Assembly (NCBI GenBank): GCA_965658655.1
Contig: CBFHTA010000002.1
Location: 32,001 to 96,000, forward strand
Length of the DNA stretch: 64,000 nucleotides
From: Candidatus Babelota bacterium
Lineage (GTDB): Bacteria; Babelota; Babeliae; Babelales; CAIQNR01
Reading direction: 5' to 3'
The notes beneath the pieces are model-generated. The model worked only from the letters and a program-made list of their open reading frames with translations, did not search any database and was not told the origin of the DNA. The position numbers and the translations under genes are program-made. Each line of letters opens with the position of its first letter. The stretch's first letter is position 1. Positions 38,920-49,589 of the stretch are shown here, in pieces.

Positions 38920-41529
38920 ATGAAAAAATTGATTGTTTTGTTAGTGTTGTTATGTGGAACTGGTTCTTTTATGCAGGCACCAGATGCTTTCACAGATTTT
39001 ATGACTCAGGCAGGAGATCATGAAGATAGTGGAAATTCAATTAATAGTCAGTCTGATGGCGGAGAGGGAGATAAACAAGATAGCCAAGAAGAACAAATAC
39101 TTGATGATAGAGGTCATGATTCTCAATCATCCAATTCTTCTAGTCGAACAATACAAAGAACTATTTCTTGGGGTGATGATCCAGTAGAAGACCCAAACAC
39201 TGCAGGAAACAGAGGAGAAGGGGCTACGATTGATAACAATGCAAATATCCCTTCTGCAACACAGATGGCGACTGACAATGCAACAAGCGCATCACGAGGA
39301 TTATATCTAAAAGATACGCGTTTAGAAAGCGTAGATGATGAAAATAGCAATTTCTTTAGTTCCCTTTCTCCGGAAGATCAAAAGTTAATGCGAGATAATA
39401 GAGATTTAATCTCAGAACATATGATGGATAAACTTATTGATAAAAAATTATTTGGGGAGAGACCTTTAAGAGAAGGGGAAACCAGGGAATCTATTATTAA
39501 TAAATACAAAGGGCGGAAAATAACAGTTGAGGCACAGGCGCGACGTGCGGCATCTGACGATACAGGAGTAAAAAAACCAGTTGATCGTAGTCAGCGATCG
39601 TTAACTACGGAACGTGAGTTTGATCCTCAATATAGTCCTCTAGAAGTAAGCGATTCAGATAATGAAGAACAATTCAACATGCTTAATGAAAGTAGAAGTC
39701 AGACCGATGATAGCGAGAATCGTCAATTGGCGACAAGAAACACAATGCTTAATAATGATTCTCCAGATGTTTTTTTTAGGAGTCTTTCAGAAGAAGATAA
39801 AGGATTTTTGCAAGGACGCATTGATGATAATAATCAGACTTCAGCAATCAGAAAGATATTTGAAGAAGAAGGCTTGGAGGGGCGTTCTAAAAGAGATGTG
39901 TTTGATGAATATAAAGCTGATTTTGCTTCCGAAGAAGAACCTGAAAATTTGCAGCATTCAGAAGGTTTAGAAGGTGACATTAAAGAGCTCGAAGCAAAGA
40001 TAGAGAGAGGTGAGGGGTCGTATTCAGATGAACGTTATCTTAAGGAACTTAAAGATACTTTAAAGAAGAGACAGGAATCTTTAGCAAATATAATGGACGC
40101 AACAATGGAAAGCAAAGAAAGATTTTCTGGTGATTTAAACCTTACTCAACGAAGTTCAACCGAACTTGCCAATTATCGTTCAGAAGCTCTTAAAGATCAA
40201 ATTGAAAAGGCACGATCAAGACTTGCAAGAGTAGATCGTGCAGAGAAAGAAGACATTGCTAAAGCTCTTGAGCGATTGGGTGATGATGCTACTGATCAAG
40301 AAAAAGATGCCGCTATAGAAAAAGCCAAAGAAGGTTTAAGTGCCGATAGGAAAAGTCTTGAGGGCGAACTTAATGGGCTTTTAGCAAAAGATCAAACGGT
40401 GGGGCAGTATCTTACTATGAGCGATAGGGATCGAGCATTTAAGTTTCTAGATGCTGTTAGTCAAGAGGTTGACCAAAGGGAAACTTCTTTTGAACAACGG
40501 AAAGAAGGTGATCAAAAAGATCCTGCAACATTTTTTTCTAGCAGTAGGAGTATGCAGGATAGGCTGGGGAAGTATGAAAAGTTATTGACTTCAAAAAGTA
40601 TGAATGAATTAGCAGATGAAGATCCTCAATTCAAAGATAAAAGACAGGCTCTTCTAGATAGAGTTGAAAGTCAATTTGATGCTTTGAGAGATCGAGAAAA
40701 TGAGCTTCTTCCTGTTCGAGCAGATAAGATTTTGGAAGAAATTAATCGTTCAGATGAACAAGGGAAACGATCTTTTAATATTATAGAATCAGATTTAAAC
40801 ATGCTTGAAAAACGAATTGAAAAACAAAAAGAAAAGCTTGAGGAAGGTGAGGTTTCACCAGATCCAGGTAAAATGGAAAATCTTGATAAGGCTCAACAGA
40901 AAGTTCAAGAAGCATATGATAATCTTGGTAAAAAAATTATAGAAACATTTAACAAACAAGTTAATAGCTTAGACGGAGAAGTAGAGCATTATCTTGCTTT
41001 GAAAAAAGGTACTCGAACACAAGAAGAATATAATGTATTGAGCAGTGACGCAGGAAAAGTTTTTAATGAATTGGGAACTCGCATTGACAGTCTTGCCAAG
41101 CAAGAAAAAGCTTTAGGAGTTAAGGAAACTACAAAAAGAAGTTGGTGGTTTGGAAAAAAAAGAACCATCATAGATGACAGTGATGTGTCGGAAGAAGATA
41201 AGGCAAAAGTAAAAGAAATACAAGAACAGAAGGAACAACTGCAAGCGCTACAAGAACGATCAAGAGAAATGTATTCTCGGGTGGAAAATACCGATCCTAA
41301 AAATGCACGTGGTTTTAGATCTCTTAGAAAGCGTTTCCAATGGGGTTTTTTAAGTAGCGAACCTGCGCCAAAAAGATATTCGTTTGATGATTTGAGCCGG
41401 TTAGGCGATTCAGGACGAAACAAACTATCTAAAGAAAATTTGGAGCAATATTCGAACCGTATTAATCAGACTCAAGATCCTCAAGGCCAACCTAAAAAGG
41501 GTAGGTCTTTCTTTAGTAAAAAAGGCTAA
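38920..41529 (+). CDS. Large secreted acidic coiled-coil orphan
   Basis: MKKLIVLLVLLCGTGSFMQA signal peptide; start moved to ATG 38920. Confidence 0.85.
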   Translation: MKKLIVLLVLLCGTGSFMQAPDAFTDFMTQAGDHEDSGNSINSQSDGGEGDKQDSQEEQILDDRGHDSQSSNSSSRTIQRTISWGDDPVEDPNTAGNRGEGATIDNNANIPSATQMATDNATSASRGLYLKDTRLESVDDENSNFFSSLSPEDQKLMRDNRDLISEHMMDKLIDKKLFGERPLREGETRESIINKYKGRKITVEAQARRAASDDTGVKKPVDRSQRSLTTEREFDPQYSPLEVSDSDNEEQFNMLNESRSQTDDSENRQLATRNTMLNNDSPDVFFRSLSEEDKGFLQGRIDDNNQTSAIRKIFEEEGLEGRSKRDVFDEYKADFASEEEPENLQHSEGLEGDIKELEAKIERGEGSYSDERYLKELKDTLKKRQESLANIMDATMESKERFSGDLNLTQRSSTELANYRSEALKDQIEKARSRLARVDRAEKEDIAKALERLGDDATDQEKDAAIEKAKEGLSADRKSLEGELNGLLAKDQTVGQYLTMSDRDRAFKFLDAVSQEVDQRETSFEQRKEGDQKDPATFFSSSRSMQDRLGKYEKLLTSKSMNELADEDPQFKDKRQALLDRVESQFDALRDRENELLPVRADKILEEINRSDEQGKRSFNIIESDLNMLEKRIEKQKEKLEEGEVSPDPGKMENLDKAQQKVQEAYDNLGKKIIETFNKQVNSLDGEVEHYLALKKGTRTQEEYNVLSSDAGKVFNELGTRIDSLAKQEKALGVKETTKRSWWFGKKRTIIDDSDVSEEDKAKVKEIQEQKEQLQALQERSREMYSRVENTDPKNARGFRSLRKRFQWGFLSSEPAPKRYSFDDLSRLGDSGRNKLSKENLEQYSNRINQTQDPQGQPKKGRSFFSKKG

Positions 41530-41716
41530 ATCAGGGAATACGCAGCAATACGAATTAATGAATTAAATGAAAAGGTCTAAAATTTTCCTTTGAGATAGAT
41601 TTAAGGTCGGTTTCTTTGTTGAATAAGCTCAGGAAGGCTTTATTGGTCTCTAACCCTTGTTTTTACCACTCTAGATGAGCTACAATTATGTATATAATTT
41701 AGTTTAAAAAAGGTGG

Positions 41717-43159
41717 ATGGAAATGAAAAATTTAAAGCTTACAGTATTGTTTTTAGGATTGTCTTTGACTGGCTCAATTTGTTCAATGGATGGAGATATT
41801 GATACTATTGAAGGTCATCAATCTGTAGGAGATGAATTAAGTCCTGATAATGGTTTTGATACTCTTAAAGGTATGGAGCGTACAGGCGCTGGTACAGCTT
41901 CAGAGCCATCGGTAAGCGATCAAGATGACTGGGAGACCGCAAGTAACGATGTTGAGAGTAGACCATCCACTCCAGACAATATGATTGGGCAAAGTGGAGG
42001 TGCAAGTGACATTGGTGTAAGTTCTTTTGCTCCAAATGTTCAAGAAATGGATACTCACGAAGCGGACGTAGGATTAGATCTTAACAGCAGTCAAAAAAGC
42101 AACGATTTTTCTGATAGCGATGAAGTTGATTGGGAAAATGCTGTATTGCGTTCTACCGCTGATCGTACGGCTCGATTGCCTGAAGAGGAAAGAATACGTA
42201 CAGACCTCTTTGGTAATAGGGTAGACAGAGAAGGTAATCTCCTTAGTTCCAGAGATAGAGCGTTAGATTCTGGTTCCGGTTATATGGATGTAGCTCCTGA
42301 TGAGGATGGTAATGTTTCTGAGCCAAATGAATTTCGTATGGGTGATGACGAAGCAGATGCATCAAGTGATACAGAATTTGATGGAACACTTGATCAGATT
42401 AAAGAGCTTGGTGTTTCTAAGTCTGCCGACGAAAAAGGAAAGTTTACGATTAACCGTTTAGATGATCTTCTTCAAAATGAAGACCTTACTCCAGAACAAC
42501 GAGCACGAGTAGTCAAAATGTTAGATGATTACGAGCGTTACGTACGTGAGCGATCAAAAAATTGGTTCAGTAGAAGGATGAGTCGGTTAGAAGGTAACGA
42601 GTTTTATGATTACCAAAATGGACTTACTAAAGAACAGTTAAGAGATTTAAAGAAAAATAGAAACGGTAAAATGAGGGATGCGGTTTCTCTTTCAAAAATT
42701 ATAAGCGCCAAAGAAGGGTTAACCTCTGATGACCACTTAGGTCTTGCAACTCGAGTTGGTGGTGTTAACTTCTCAGATGGTTACGATCACTTACAAACCG
42801 CTTATGAGAAAGCTACAGATCCAACACAAGCAGGAAAAGTGCTTCAGTATCAAGATGATTATAAGCAATATTTAAATGATATAAGAAAACAAGAAAAAAC
42901 AGGCAACCGCATTAATACGCAACAAGCTTTGGATACAGGAAATAGATTTCATATTCAACATCTTAAAGATGCTGGATACGATACAACTGGAGCGCAAATA
43001 AAAGATGATCCAAGCCAACTTGCTCTTAGTTCTGAATCTGATATAGAAAATCAAGATGCACGACATAAACAGAATTTGGGGCAGTATTATTATGGTGGTA
43101 AAAGCGCACAACGCATTTTAGATAACTATAACGTGAGTGATGCGCGGAGTCTTGAATAA
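41717..43159 (+). CDS. Secreted acidic disordered orphan
   Basis: Signal peptide, D/E/S-rich N-terminal half. Confidence 0.85.
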   Translation: MEMKNLKLTVLFLGLSLTGSICSMDGDIDTIEGHQSVGDELSPDNGFDTLKGMERTGAGTASEPSVSDQDDWETASNDVESRPSTPDNMIGQSGGASDIGVSSFAPNVQEMDTHEADVGLDLNSSQKSNDFSDSDEVDWENAVLRSTADRTARLPEEERIRTDLFGNRVDREGNLLSSRDRALDSGSGYMDVAPDEDGNVSEPNEFRMGDDEADASSDTEFDGTLDQIKELGVSKSADEKGKFTINRLDDLLQNEDLTPEQRARVVKMLDDYERYVRERSKNWFSRRMSRLEGNEFYDYQNGLTKEQLRDLKKNRNGKMRDAVSLSKIISAKEGLTSDDHLGLATRVGGVNFSDGYDHLQTAYEKATDPTQAGKVLQYQDDYKQYLNDIRKQEKTGNRINTQQALDTGNRFHIQHLKDAGYDTTGAQIKDDPSQLALSSESDIENQDARHKQNLGQYYYGGKSAQRILDNYNVSDARSLE

Positions 43160-43258
43160 AGATTCAGATCAATAAAAAATGGAAGTAAAGGTTCTATTTA
43201 CTGAGAGCGAGTAAAAATCTTGGTGGTGGACGAATGAATAGAGAGTGGAGGTTTAGTT

Positions 43259-43990
43259 ATGAAGAAACGTATAGTCATAGGTTTACTATTTGTTGGTGCC
43301 GCGTATGGTGCGTATACAGATAATGGAAAATTAACGCACGAGGAATGGCCTTCTAGTAATCCGAACTATTTGAATGCTATTCCAGGAGAACGAAGTTCAG
43401 AACAAAGAAGAAAAGATTTATTGAGGTCTCATAAATTAGATGAACAAGTACCAAGAGCAACAATTTTGGATGCTTCTTCTCGAAGAAACGCTCCTAATTA
43501 TTTGAATGCTGCCCCAGCATTGAATAGTTCGCATAATACATTTCTTCCACCTTCTTCTGAGCCAACTCATGAAAGTTTAAAGGATATTCAAGAACGATTA
43601 GGTGGTACATCTTTTCAAGTTCCTCCTCCCTTACCCCCAAGAAGAAGTAAGAAGCCGGTAGCTAGCAAAGCTAAGCCTTCTCCAGATTATCTTAAACCTG
43701 ATGCTGTTGTGACTCAGCACAACGCTTTAGGGTTGGGCGATGAGGATGATTTTGGAACTGTTGTTACTAGATCTGGAAGAGCTGTGGTACAAGATGCTCC
43801 AGCCCCGCCCCCAAGACGAAGTAAGAAGCCGGTAGTTAAAAAATCTAAGCCTTCTCCTGATTATCTTGAACCTCACAACGCTTTAAACTCGGACGATGAA
43901 GATGATTTTGGAACTGTTGTTACTAGAGATGGAAGAGCTGTGGTACAAGATGCAGATGACTTTTTTGCAGGTTTTGAATCTGAACTTTAA
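43259..43990 (+). CDS. Secreted proline-rich orphan with internal duplication
   Basis: GGAGG RBS, signal peptide, duplicated PPPRRSKKPV..KPSPDYL..DEDDFGTVVTR.GRAVVQDA. Confidence 0.85.
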   Translation: MKKRIVIGLLFVGAAYGAYTDNGKLTHEEWPSSNPNYLNAIPGERSSEQRRKDLLRSHKLDEQVPRATILDASSRRNAPNYLNAAPALNSSHNTFLPPSSEPTHESLKDIQERLGGTSFQVPPPLPPRRSKKPVASKAKPSPDYLKPDAVVTQHNALGLGDEDDFGTVVTRSGRAVVQDAPAPPPRRSKKPVVKKSKPSPDYLEPHNALNSDDEDDFGTVVTRDGRAVVQDADDFFAGFESEL

Positions 43991-43992
43991 TT

Positions 43993-44048
43993 TTTTTAGA
44001 CTATAAAGAAAGCCGGCATAAAAACCGGCTTTCTTTATAGTCTAAAAA
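43993..44048. terminator. Long perfect hairpin / bidirectional terminator
   Basis: 24-bp perfect arms, 8-nt loop. Confidence 0.85.
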
Positions 44049-44060
44049 CGAAAAGAAAAA

Positions 44061-45971
44061 CTATTCGTTGATCTCTGCGTCAATTGTATCATCTTTTTTC
44101 TCAGATGATTCAGAAGAACCAGCATCAGCCGCGCCATCTTTACCAGCGGTAGCAGATTCTGCTTGTTTTTCTTTGTAAAGTTGTTCAGCAATTTTTTGCG
44201 AAGCAGTCATGAGTTCGTTAGTTGCTTTCTCTAACTCTTCTGCATTTTCTGCGTGTGTTTTTAACGCTTCTTTTGCAGTGTCTAGAGCAGCTTTTACTTT
44301 ATCAACTTCAGCTGCATCAACTTTGTCTTTTTGTTCGGTAATCATGCGTTCAACATCGCCAATCATACCGTCTAGCTTGTTGCGTTTTTCAACAACATCT
44401 TTTTTGTTTTTATCTTCAGCTGCATGTTCTTCTGCATCTTTTACCATTTTGTTAATGTCTTCTTCAGACAAACCACTGCTGCTGGTAATGGTAATGTGTT
44501 GCTCTTTTCCAGTACCTTTGTCTTTTGCCGAAACGTTAACAATACCGTTTGCATCAATATCAAAAGTAACTTCGATTTGAGGAACACCTCTACGTGCAGG
44601 TGGAATGTTGTCTAATTTAAATTGACCAAGCAACTTGTTGTCGCGTGCCATTGGACGCTCACCTTGGAATACCACGATGTCTACAGCTGGTTGGTTGTCT
44701 TCTGCAGTTGAAAACACTTGTGATTTTTTTGCAGGAATGGTTGTGTTACGTTCAATCAATTTAGTAAATACACCACCCATGGTTTCAATACCAAGAGACA
44801 ACGGTGTAACGTCTAGAAGAAGAACGTCTGTAACGTCACCACCAAGAACACCACCTTGTAAACCAGCACCCAAAGATACCACTTCATCAGGATTTACAGA
44901 TTTGCTTGGTTCTTTACCAAAGAAGTCTTTTACTAGTTCTTGTACCTTTGCAATACGTGTTGAACCACCAACGAGAATAACTTCGGTAATGTCACTTTTA
45001 GAAACATCTGCATCGGCCATTGCTTTTTTGCATGGTTCTAACAAACGATTAAATAAATCTGCACAAAGTGATTCCATTTTTGCACGAGACAACTTAATGG
45101 TTAAATGTTTAGGTCCGCTAGCATCGGCAGTAATGTAAGGTAAGTTGATTTCTGTTTCTGGTAGAGTAGAAAGCTCACACTTAGCTTTTTCAGCAGCTTC
45201 TCTTAAACGTTGCAAAGCCATCTTGTCTTGTTTTAAGTCAACGCCTTGTTCACTTTTAAATGTGTCTACTAAGTAGTCGATAATGCGTTGGTCAATATCG
45301 TCACCACCCAAGTGAGTGTCTCCATTGGTTGCTTTAACTTCAATAACACCATCACTAATATCAAGAATAGAAACGTCGAATGTACCACCACCAAAATCGA
45401 ATACTGCAATAGTTCCAGATTTCTTTTTATCTTGGCCATATGCAAGTGCCGCAGCTGTTGGTTCGTTAATAATACGTTTAACTTCTAAGCCTGCAATTTT
45501 ACCAGCATCTTTTGTTGCTTGTCTTTGTTGGTCGTTAAAGTATGCAGGAACAGTAATAACTGCTTCTGAAACAGGAGAACCAATGTAATCTTCTGCAACT
45601 TGTTTTAAGTGAGCAAGAATACCAGCAGATATTTCTTGTGGTGCATACTCTTTGTCTCGAGCTACAATGTTAACGCCGCCGTTTGGAGCTTTAACAATTT
45701 TGTAAGACAAATTTTCTGATTCGTTTTTCACTTCTTCAAAGGTGTGTCCAATGAAACGTTTTGCAGAAGCAATAGTATTTTCTGGATTTGTTACAGCTTG
45801 GCGCTTTGCAACAACACCAACTAAACGATTATTGTCTTTGTCGAATGCTACAATAGAAGGAGTTGTGTTGTTACCTTCTTTGTTAGGAATAACTTTTGGA
45901 GAGCCACCCTCCATGAAAGAAACAACTGAGTTTGTTGTTCCAAGATCGATTCCAATGATTTTTTTTGACAT
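44061..45971 (-). CDS. dnaK: Chaperone DnaK
   Basis: [31 protein letters not shown]. Confidence 0.99.
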   Translation of the reverse strand: MSKKIIGIDLGTTNSVVSFMEGGSPKVIPNKEGNNTTPSIVAFDKDNNRLVGVVAKRQAVTNPENTIASAKRFIGHTFEEVKNESENLSYKIVKAPNGGVNIVARDKEYAPQEISAGILAHLKQVAEDYIGSPVSEAVITVPAYFNDQQRQATKDAGKIAGLEVKRIINEPTAAALAYGQDKKKSGTIAVFDFGGGTFDVSILDISDGVIEVKATNGDTHLGGDDIDQRIIDYLVDTFKSEQGVDLKQDKMALQRLREAAEKAKCELSTLPETEINLPYITADASGPKHLTIKLSRAKMESLCADLFNRLLEPCKKAMADADVSKSDITEVILVGGSTRIAKVQELVKDFFGKEPSKSVNPDEVVSLGAGLQGGVLGGDVTDVLLLDVTPLSLGIETMGGVFTKLIERNTTIPAKKSQVFSTAEDNQPAVDIVVFQGERPMARDNKLLGQFKLDNIPPARRGVPQIEVTFDIDANGIVNVSAKDKGTGKEQHITITSSSGLSEEDINKMVKDAEEHAAEDKNKKDVVEKRNKLDGMIGDVERMITEQKDKVDAAEVDKVKAALDTAKEALKTHAENAEELEKATNELMTASQKIAEQLYKEKQAESATAGKDGAADAGSSESSEKKDDTIDAEINE

Positions 45972-46038
45972 ACTTTGACCCCTGTTTTAAATAAGTGTTT
46001 ATTTTCATTAGGTAAGCTTAATCTTAAGCTTGCCACAC

Positions 46039-46075
46039 AGTGTACAGCTCATAAAATCTTAGTCAAGTTTACTAA
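46039..46075 (-). promoter_or_regulatory. dnaK promoter with overlapping HAIR-like inverted repeat
   Basis: Minus strand TTGACT-16-TACACT; TTAGT-N7-ACTAA at 46059-46075 overlaps the -35. Confidence 0.5.
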
Positions 46076-46233
46076 TATTTTTTTATGGTCCAATGTAGGT
46101 GAGTGAGCTTGAGTCATTCTGTAATAAGCTCCAGGAAGGCAAACTCTTGTTTTTGAGGTTGTAAAACTGTTAAGCTTAAAGCTCGCTTAATTAAAGTGTG
46201 AAAATTGAAAAAGAAAACCCGGGGGGGAGTAAA

Positions 46234-47628
46234 ATGAAGTTAAAAAATATTCTATTAATTACCTTGTTGTTCGGTAGCGCAACGCTTGTGCACCAGGTTC
46301 AGGCAGCAGAAGATGTTGCAGCTATTGATGATGGAGAGACAGGAGAATCATCATTGAGTGGAGATACAGATGACGACGGTAACAGGGTATTAGATGATGA
46401 AACTTATGATGAACGGTATGGCGAAGAGGGTAAATCGTGGCATCAAAGATCAGCTCGTCAGAACTTTAATCGTGTAAAGAATTTCTTTAGTGGCACAAGA
46501 GATGTAAGAGCTAGTAAAGCAAACTTTAGCAGTTCTAGTCCGGAAGCATCATCTATTGGTACTGGTGGAGTGAACGCAAGTTCACAAGAACAGAGTATAC
46601 GTATTACGGCAGATAGAGGGCTTACATTGCAATCTAGAGATAACAGAGACAATCAATTGGTGCAAAACGCAAGTAATAAAGCCCAAGTTTTAAGAAATGT
46701 TTTTCAGAATGGAGATTCAATTGATTTAGGTAAAGACAGCAATAGTAGCTTTAGTTATGCAACTGCTGATAGCGATAGTCTTGGCAACGTAAAGGTTGGC
46801 TATTATGATGGAGAAGGAAATTTGCAAACAGAAAGTCTTGATCAAGGTAAAGCTCAAAGACTTATAAACGGTAAAAATTCAGAAAATGCAGTTGATACTT
46901 GGAGAAGAGCAGGAGAAAAACTAGGGCAATCGTCGGATCAGGAAGGTGATCCATTAAGTGCTCTGAGGGGGAGTATTGATCCTGATGGTGCGAGTGCAGA
47001 TGAAATTTTAAATGACCCTGGAATTAATAGAATTTCTGCAAGAAATGCAGCTGATACTTCGATAAGATCAGGAGCAAGGGCGGGTGATTTTGATGAAAAT
47101 GGAAATTTGCTTGATGGAAATGGAGATCCTGTTTTTGGTGATCCTGATGATAGCAATAGCAGAGTAAATCTTAACGGTCAAGATACTAGAGCAGTTGAAA
47201 TTCGTAAAAGTAGATCTGGATCAGGTTATACGGTAGATACTGATCTGGGACTATCTAAACGATTCACATCTGAGGAAGATGCTCGAAATTGGGTTCGCGG
47301 CGGTGGAGATCCTGTTTATGATTATTCTGACAGTCCTACTGACTCTGGTAATGAAGAGTATGATAATTCTATTATGGATTCACCATCACTCTCCTCCAGT
47401 GAGCAGCCATCTCGTCTTGACTCTGGAGCGCAGGATCTTGAAATGGATGATCCTGATGACTCTTATCCTGCACTTCCAAAAATATTAGATGCGCGTACTG
47501 GGGAAGAAGTGGACCCTGCAGATCCTAGAGCTTGGGGCACAGGTATGCGAATTGAAAAAGATAATAATTTAGCTAATCCACAAGGTTCTAGTTATACCGA
47601 TTCTCTTTCTGATGGTAGTTTTTATTGA
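46234..47628 (+). CDS. Secreted acidic disordered orphan
   Basis: GGGAG RBS, MKLKNILLITLLFGSATLVHQVQA signal peptide. Confidence 0.85.
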   Translation: MKLKNILLITLLFGSATLVHQVQAAEDVAAIDDGETGESSLSGDTDDDGNRVLDDETYDERYGEEGKSWHQRSARQNFNRVKNFFSGTRDVRASKANFSSSSPEASSIGTGGVNASSQEQSIRITADRGLTLQSRDNRDNQLVQNASNKAQVLRNVFQNGDSIDLGKDSNSSFSYATADSDSLGNVKVGYYDGEGNLQTESLDQGKAQRLINGKNSENAVDTWRRAGEKLGQSSDQEGDPLSALRGSIDPDGASADEILNDPGINRISARNAADTSIRSGARAGDFDENGNLLDGNGDPVFGDPDDSNSRVNLNGQDTRAVEIRKSRSGSGYTVDTDLGLSKRFTSEEDARNWVRGGGDPVYDYSDSPTDSGNEEYDNSIMDSPSLSSSEQPSRLDSGAQDLEMDDPDDSYPALPKILDARTGEEVDPADPRAWGTGMRIEKDNNLANPQGSSYTDSLSDGSFY

Positions 47629-47668
47629 TAGAACTTTGGGAATTAATATCGCTAGGAACTAAAGTAAT

Positions 47669-47700
47669 AAAAAAGCCGACAGTTAACTGCCGGCTTTTTT
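47669..47700. terminator. Bidirectional terminator
   Basis: aaaaaagccg.cag-ttaa-ctg.cggctttttt. Confidence 0.8.
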
Positions 47701-47716
47701 AATTTGTAATAATTAC

Positions 47717-49522
47717 TTATTTCTTTTTACGTTCGTTAGCTTTTAAATATTTTTTACGTAAACGAATAGTAGTTGGAGTAACTTCAATAAGTTCGTCTGG
47801 ACGGATCCACTCCATGCACATTTCTAGTGTCATTAAACGCGGAGTTTTTAGTTTTACAGAGTCGTCACTACCGGATGCACGCATGTTAGTAAGTTTTTTA
47901 CCTTTACATGGATTAACATCTAAGCAGTTGTCTCGTGAATGTTCACCAATGATCATACCTTCGTATACTTCGGTGTCGGCATTAACTAAAAGTTCTCCAC
48001 GAGCTTGTAAAGAATCGAGTGCGTATGCAGTTGTTTTTCCACGTTCCATAGAAATAAGTGAACCTTTAATACGAGTTGGAATGTCACCTTTGTAAGGTTC
48101 ATAGCCACTGAATGTTGAGTTCATGATTCCGGTACCACGAGTATCTGTTAAGAATTGACCACGGAAACCAAGAAGTCCACGCGCAGGAACTTTGAACTCC
48201 ATACGTACACGGCCACCACCAAGTTGAGACAAGTTAACCATGTCACCTTTACGGGTTCCCAAGTGTTGAATAACAGAACCTTGGTATTCTTCGTTAACAT
48301 CGATAGTTACAAATTCAATAGGTTCGCATTTTTTGCCATCGATTGTTTTGTAAATAACTTCTGGTGCAGAAACTTGAAGTTCAAAACCTTCACGACGCAT
48401 GTTTTCGATCAAGATACCCAAATGTAGTTGACCGCGGCCAGATACTTTGAATGAACTTGGTACATCGGTTGGTTCAACGCGCAAAGCAACATTGGTTTTT
48501 AATTCTTTTTCTAAGCGTTCTTTAATAACACGAGAAGATAACAATTTTCCGTCTTGGCCATTAAATGGTGAATCGTTCACGGACAAGTATACAGATAATG
48601 TTGGTTCATCAATTGCCACGTAGTCACATGGAATTGGGTTGTCTGGAGAACAGAGGGTAGAACCAATTTCTATTTCTTCACAACCAGCAAGGGCAACAAT
48701 ATCACCAAATTCAACGCTCTCTGTCTCGTATTTAGATAAACCGTGGAACTTATAGAGCTTGGTCACTTTCATTGGTTTGCTGACAACCTCGTTGTAACAG
48801 TAGACAAAAGTGTCACCAACGTTGAGCTTACCGCTCAACATTCTACCAACGGCAATGGTTCCCAAGAAGTCTGAGTGTTCAATATTGGTTACCAACATTT
48901 GAAGACCGTCTTCTTTTTCTGCTGGTGCAGGAACGTTGTCTAGAATTGCTTTGAATAATGGGTCCATAGAATCAGACTCGTCATTCATATCTGTCTTTGC
49001 AAAACCAAGCTTAGAAGAGCCATAGAGTACAGGGAAGTCAAGTTGATCGTCTGTAACTGCAAGGTCTAAGAAAAGATCTTGAATTAATGTTTCTGTTGCT
49101 TCTATTTGTGCGTCTTGTCTGTCGATCTTATTAATAAGAACAATTGGTTTTAAATTAAGCGCTAATGCTTTTTGTAGTACAAAACGGGTACCAGGGAGTA
49201 CACCTTCTGCTGCGTCAACCAAGAGCAAGAAGCCTTCGACCATTTGAAGAGTTCGTTCAACTTCTCCACCAAAGTCGGCGTGACCAGGAGTGTCTACAAT
49301 GTTAATTTGATAATCTTTATAATTGATACCGGTATTTTTAGCCAAAATAGTAATACCACGTTCTCTCTCGATGTCATTCGAGTCCATAACACGGTCAGTT
49401 ACTTTAGACTGATCTAGCGTGCCAGATTGCTGTAAAAGCTTATCTACGAGGGTTGTTTTACCATGGTCAACATGGGCAATGATAGCGATATTTCTTAGAT
49501 TGGAACGAACTTTTTTGGTCAC
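47717..49522 (-). CDS. typA: Translational GTPase TypA/BipA
   Basis: AHVDHGKTTL, DTPGHADFGGEVER, GRGQLHL, KKLTNMRASG, EVTP. Confidence 0.98.
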   Translation of the reverse strand: MTKKVRSNLRNIAIIAHVDHGKTTLVDKLLQQSGTLDQSKVTDRVMDSNDIERERGITILAKNTGINYKDYQINIVDTPGHADFGGEVERTLQMVEGFLLLVDAAEGVLPGTRFVLQKALALNLKPIVLINKIDRQDAQIEATETLIQDLFLDLAVTDDQLDFPVLYGSSKLGFAKTDMNDESDSMDPLFKAILDNVPAPAEKEDGLQMLVTNIEHSDFLGTIAVGRMLSGKLNVGDTFVYCYNEVVSKPMKVTKLYKFHGLSKYETESVEFGDIVALAGCEEIEIGSTLCSPDNPIPCDYVAIDEPTLSVYLSVNDSPFNGQDGKLLSSRVIKERLEKELKTNVALRVEPTDVPSSFKVSGRGQLHLGILIENMRREGFELQVSAPEVIYKTIDGKKCEPIEFVTIDVNEEYQGSVIQHLGTRKGDMVNLSQLGGGRVRMEFKVPARGLLGFRGQFLTDTRGTGIMNSTFSGYEPYKGDIPTRIKGSLISMERGKTTAYALDSLQARGELLVNADTEVYEGMIIGEHSRDNCLDVNPCKGKKLTNMRASGSDDSVKLKTPRLMTLEMCMEWIRPDELIEVTPTTIRLRKKYLKANERKKK

Positions 49523-49589
49523 CGTAGTCCCTTAATTAGTACTTATAGAGATATATTTTTTCCGATTATATGAGTCTAGTATACTAACA

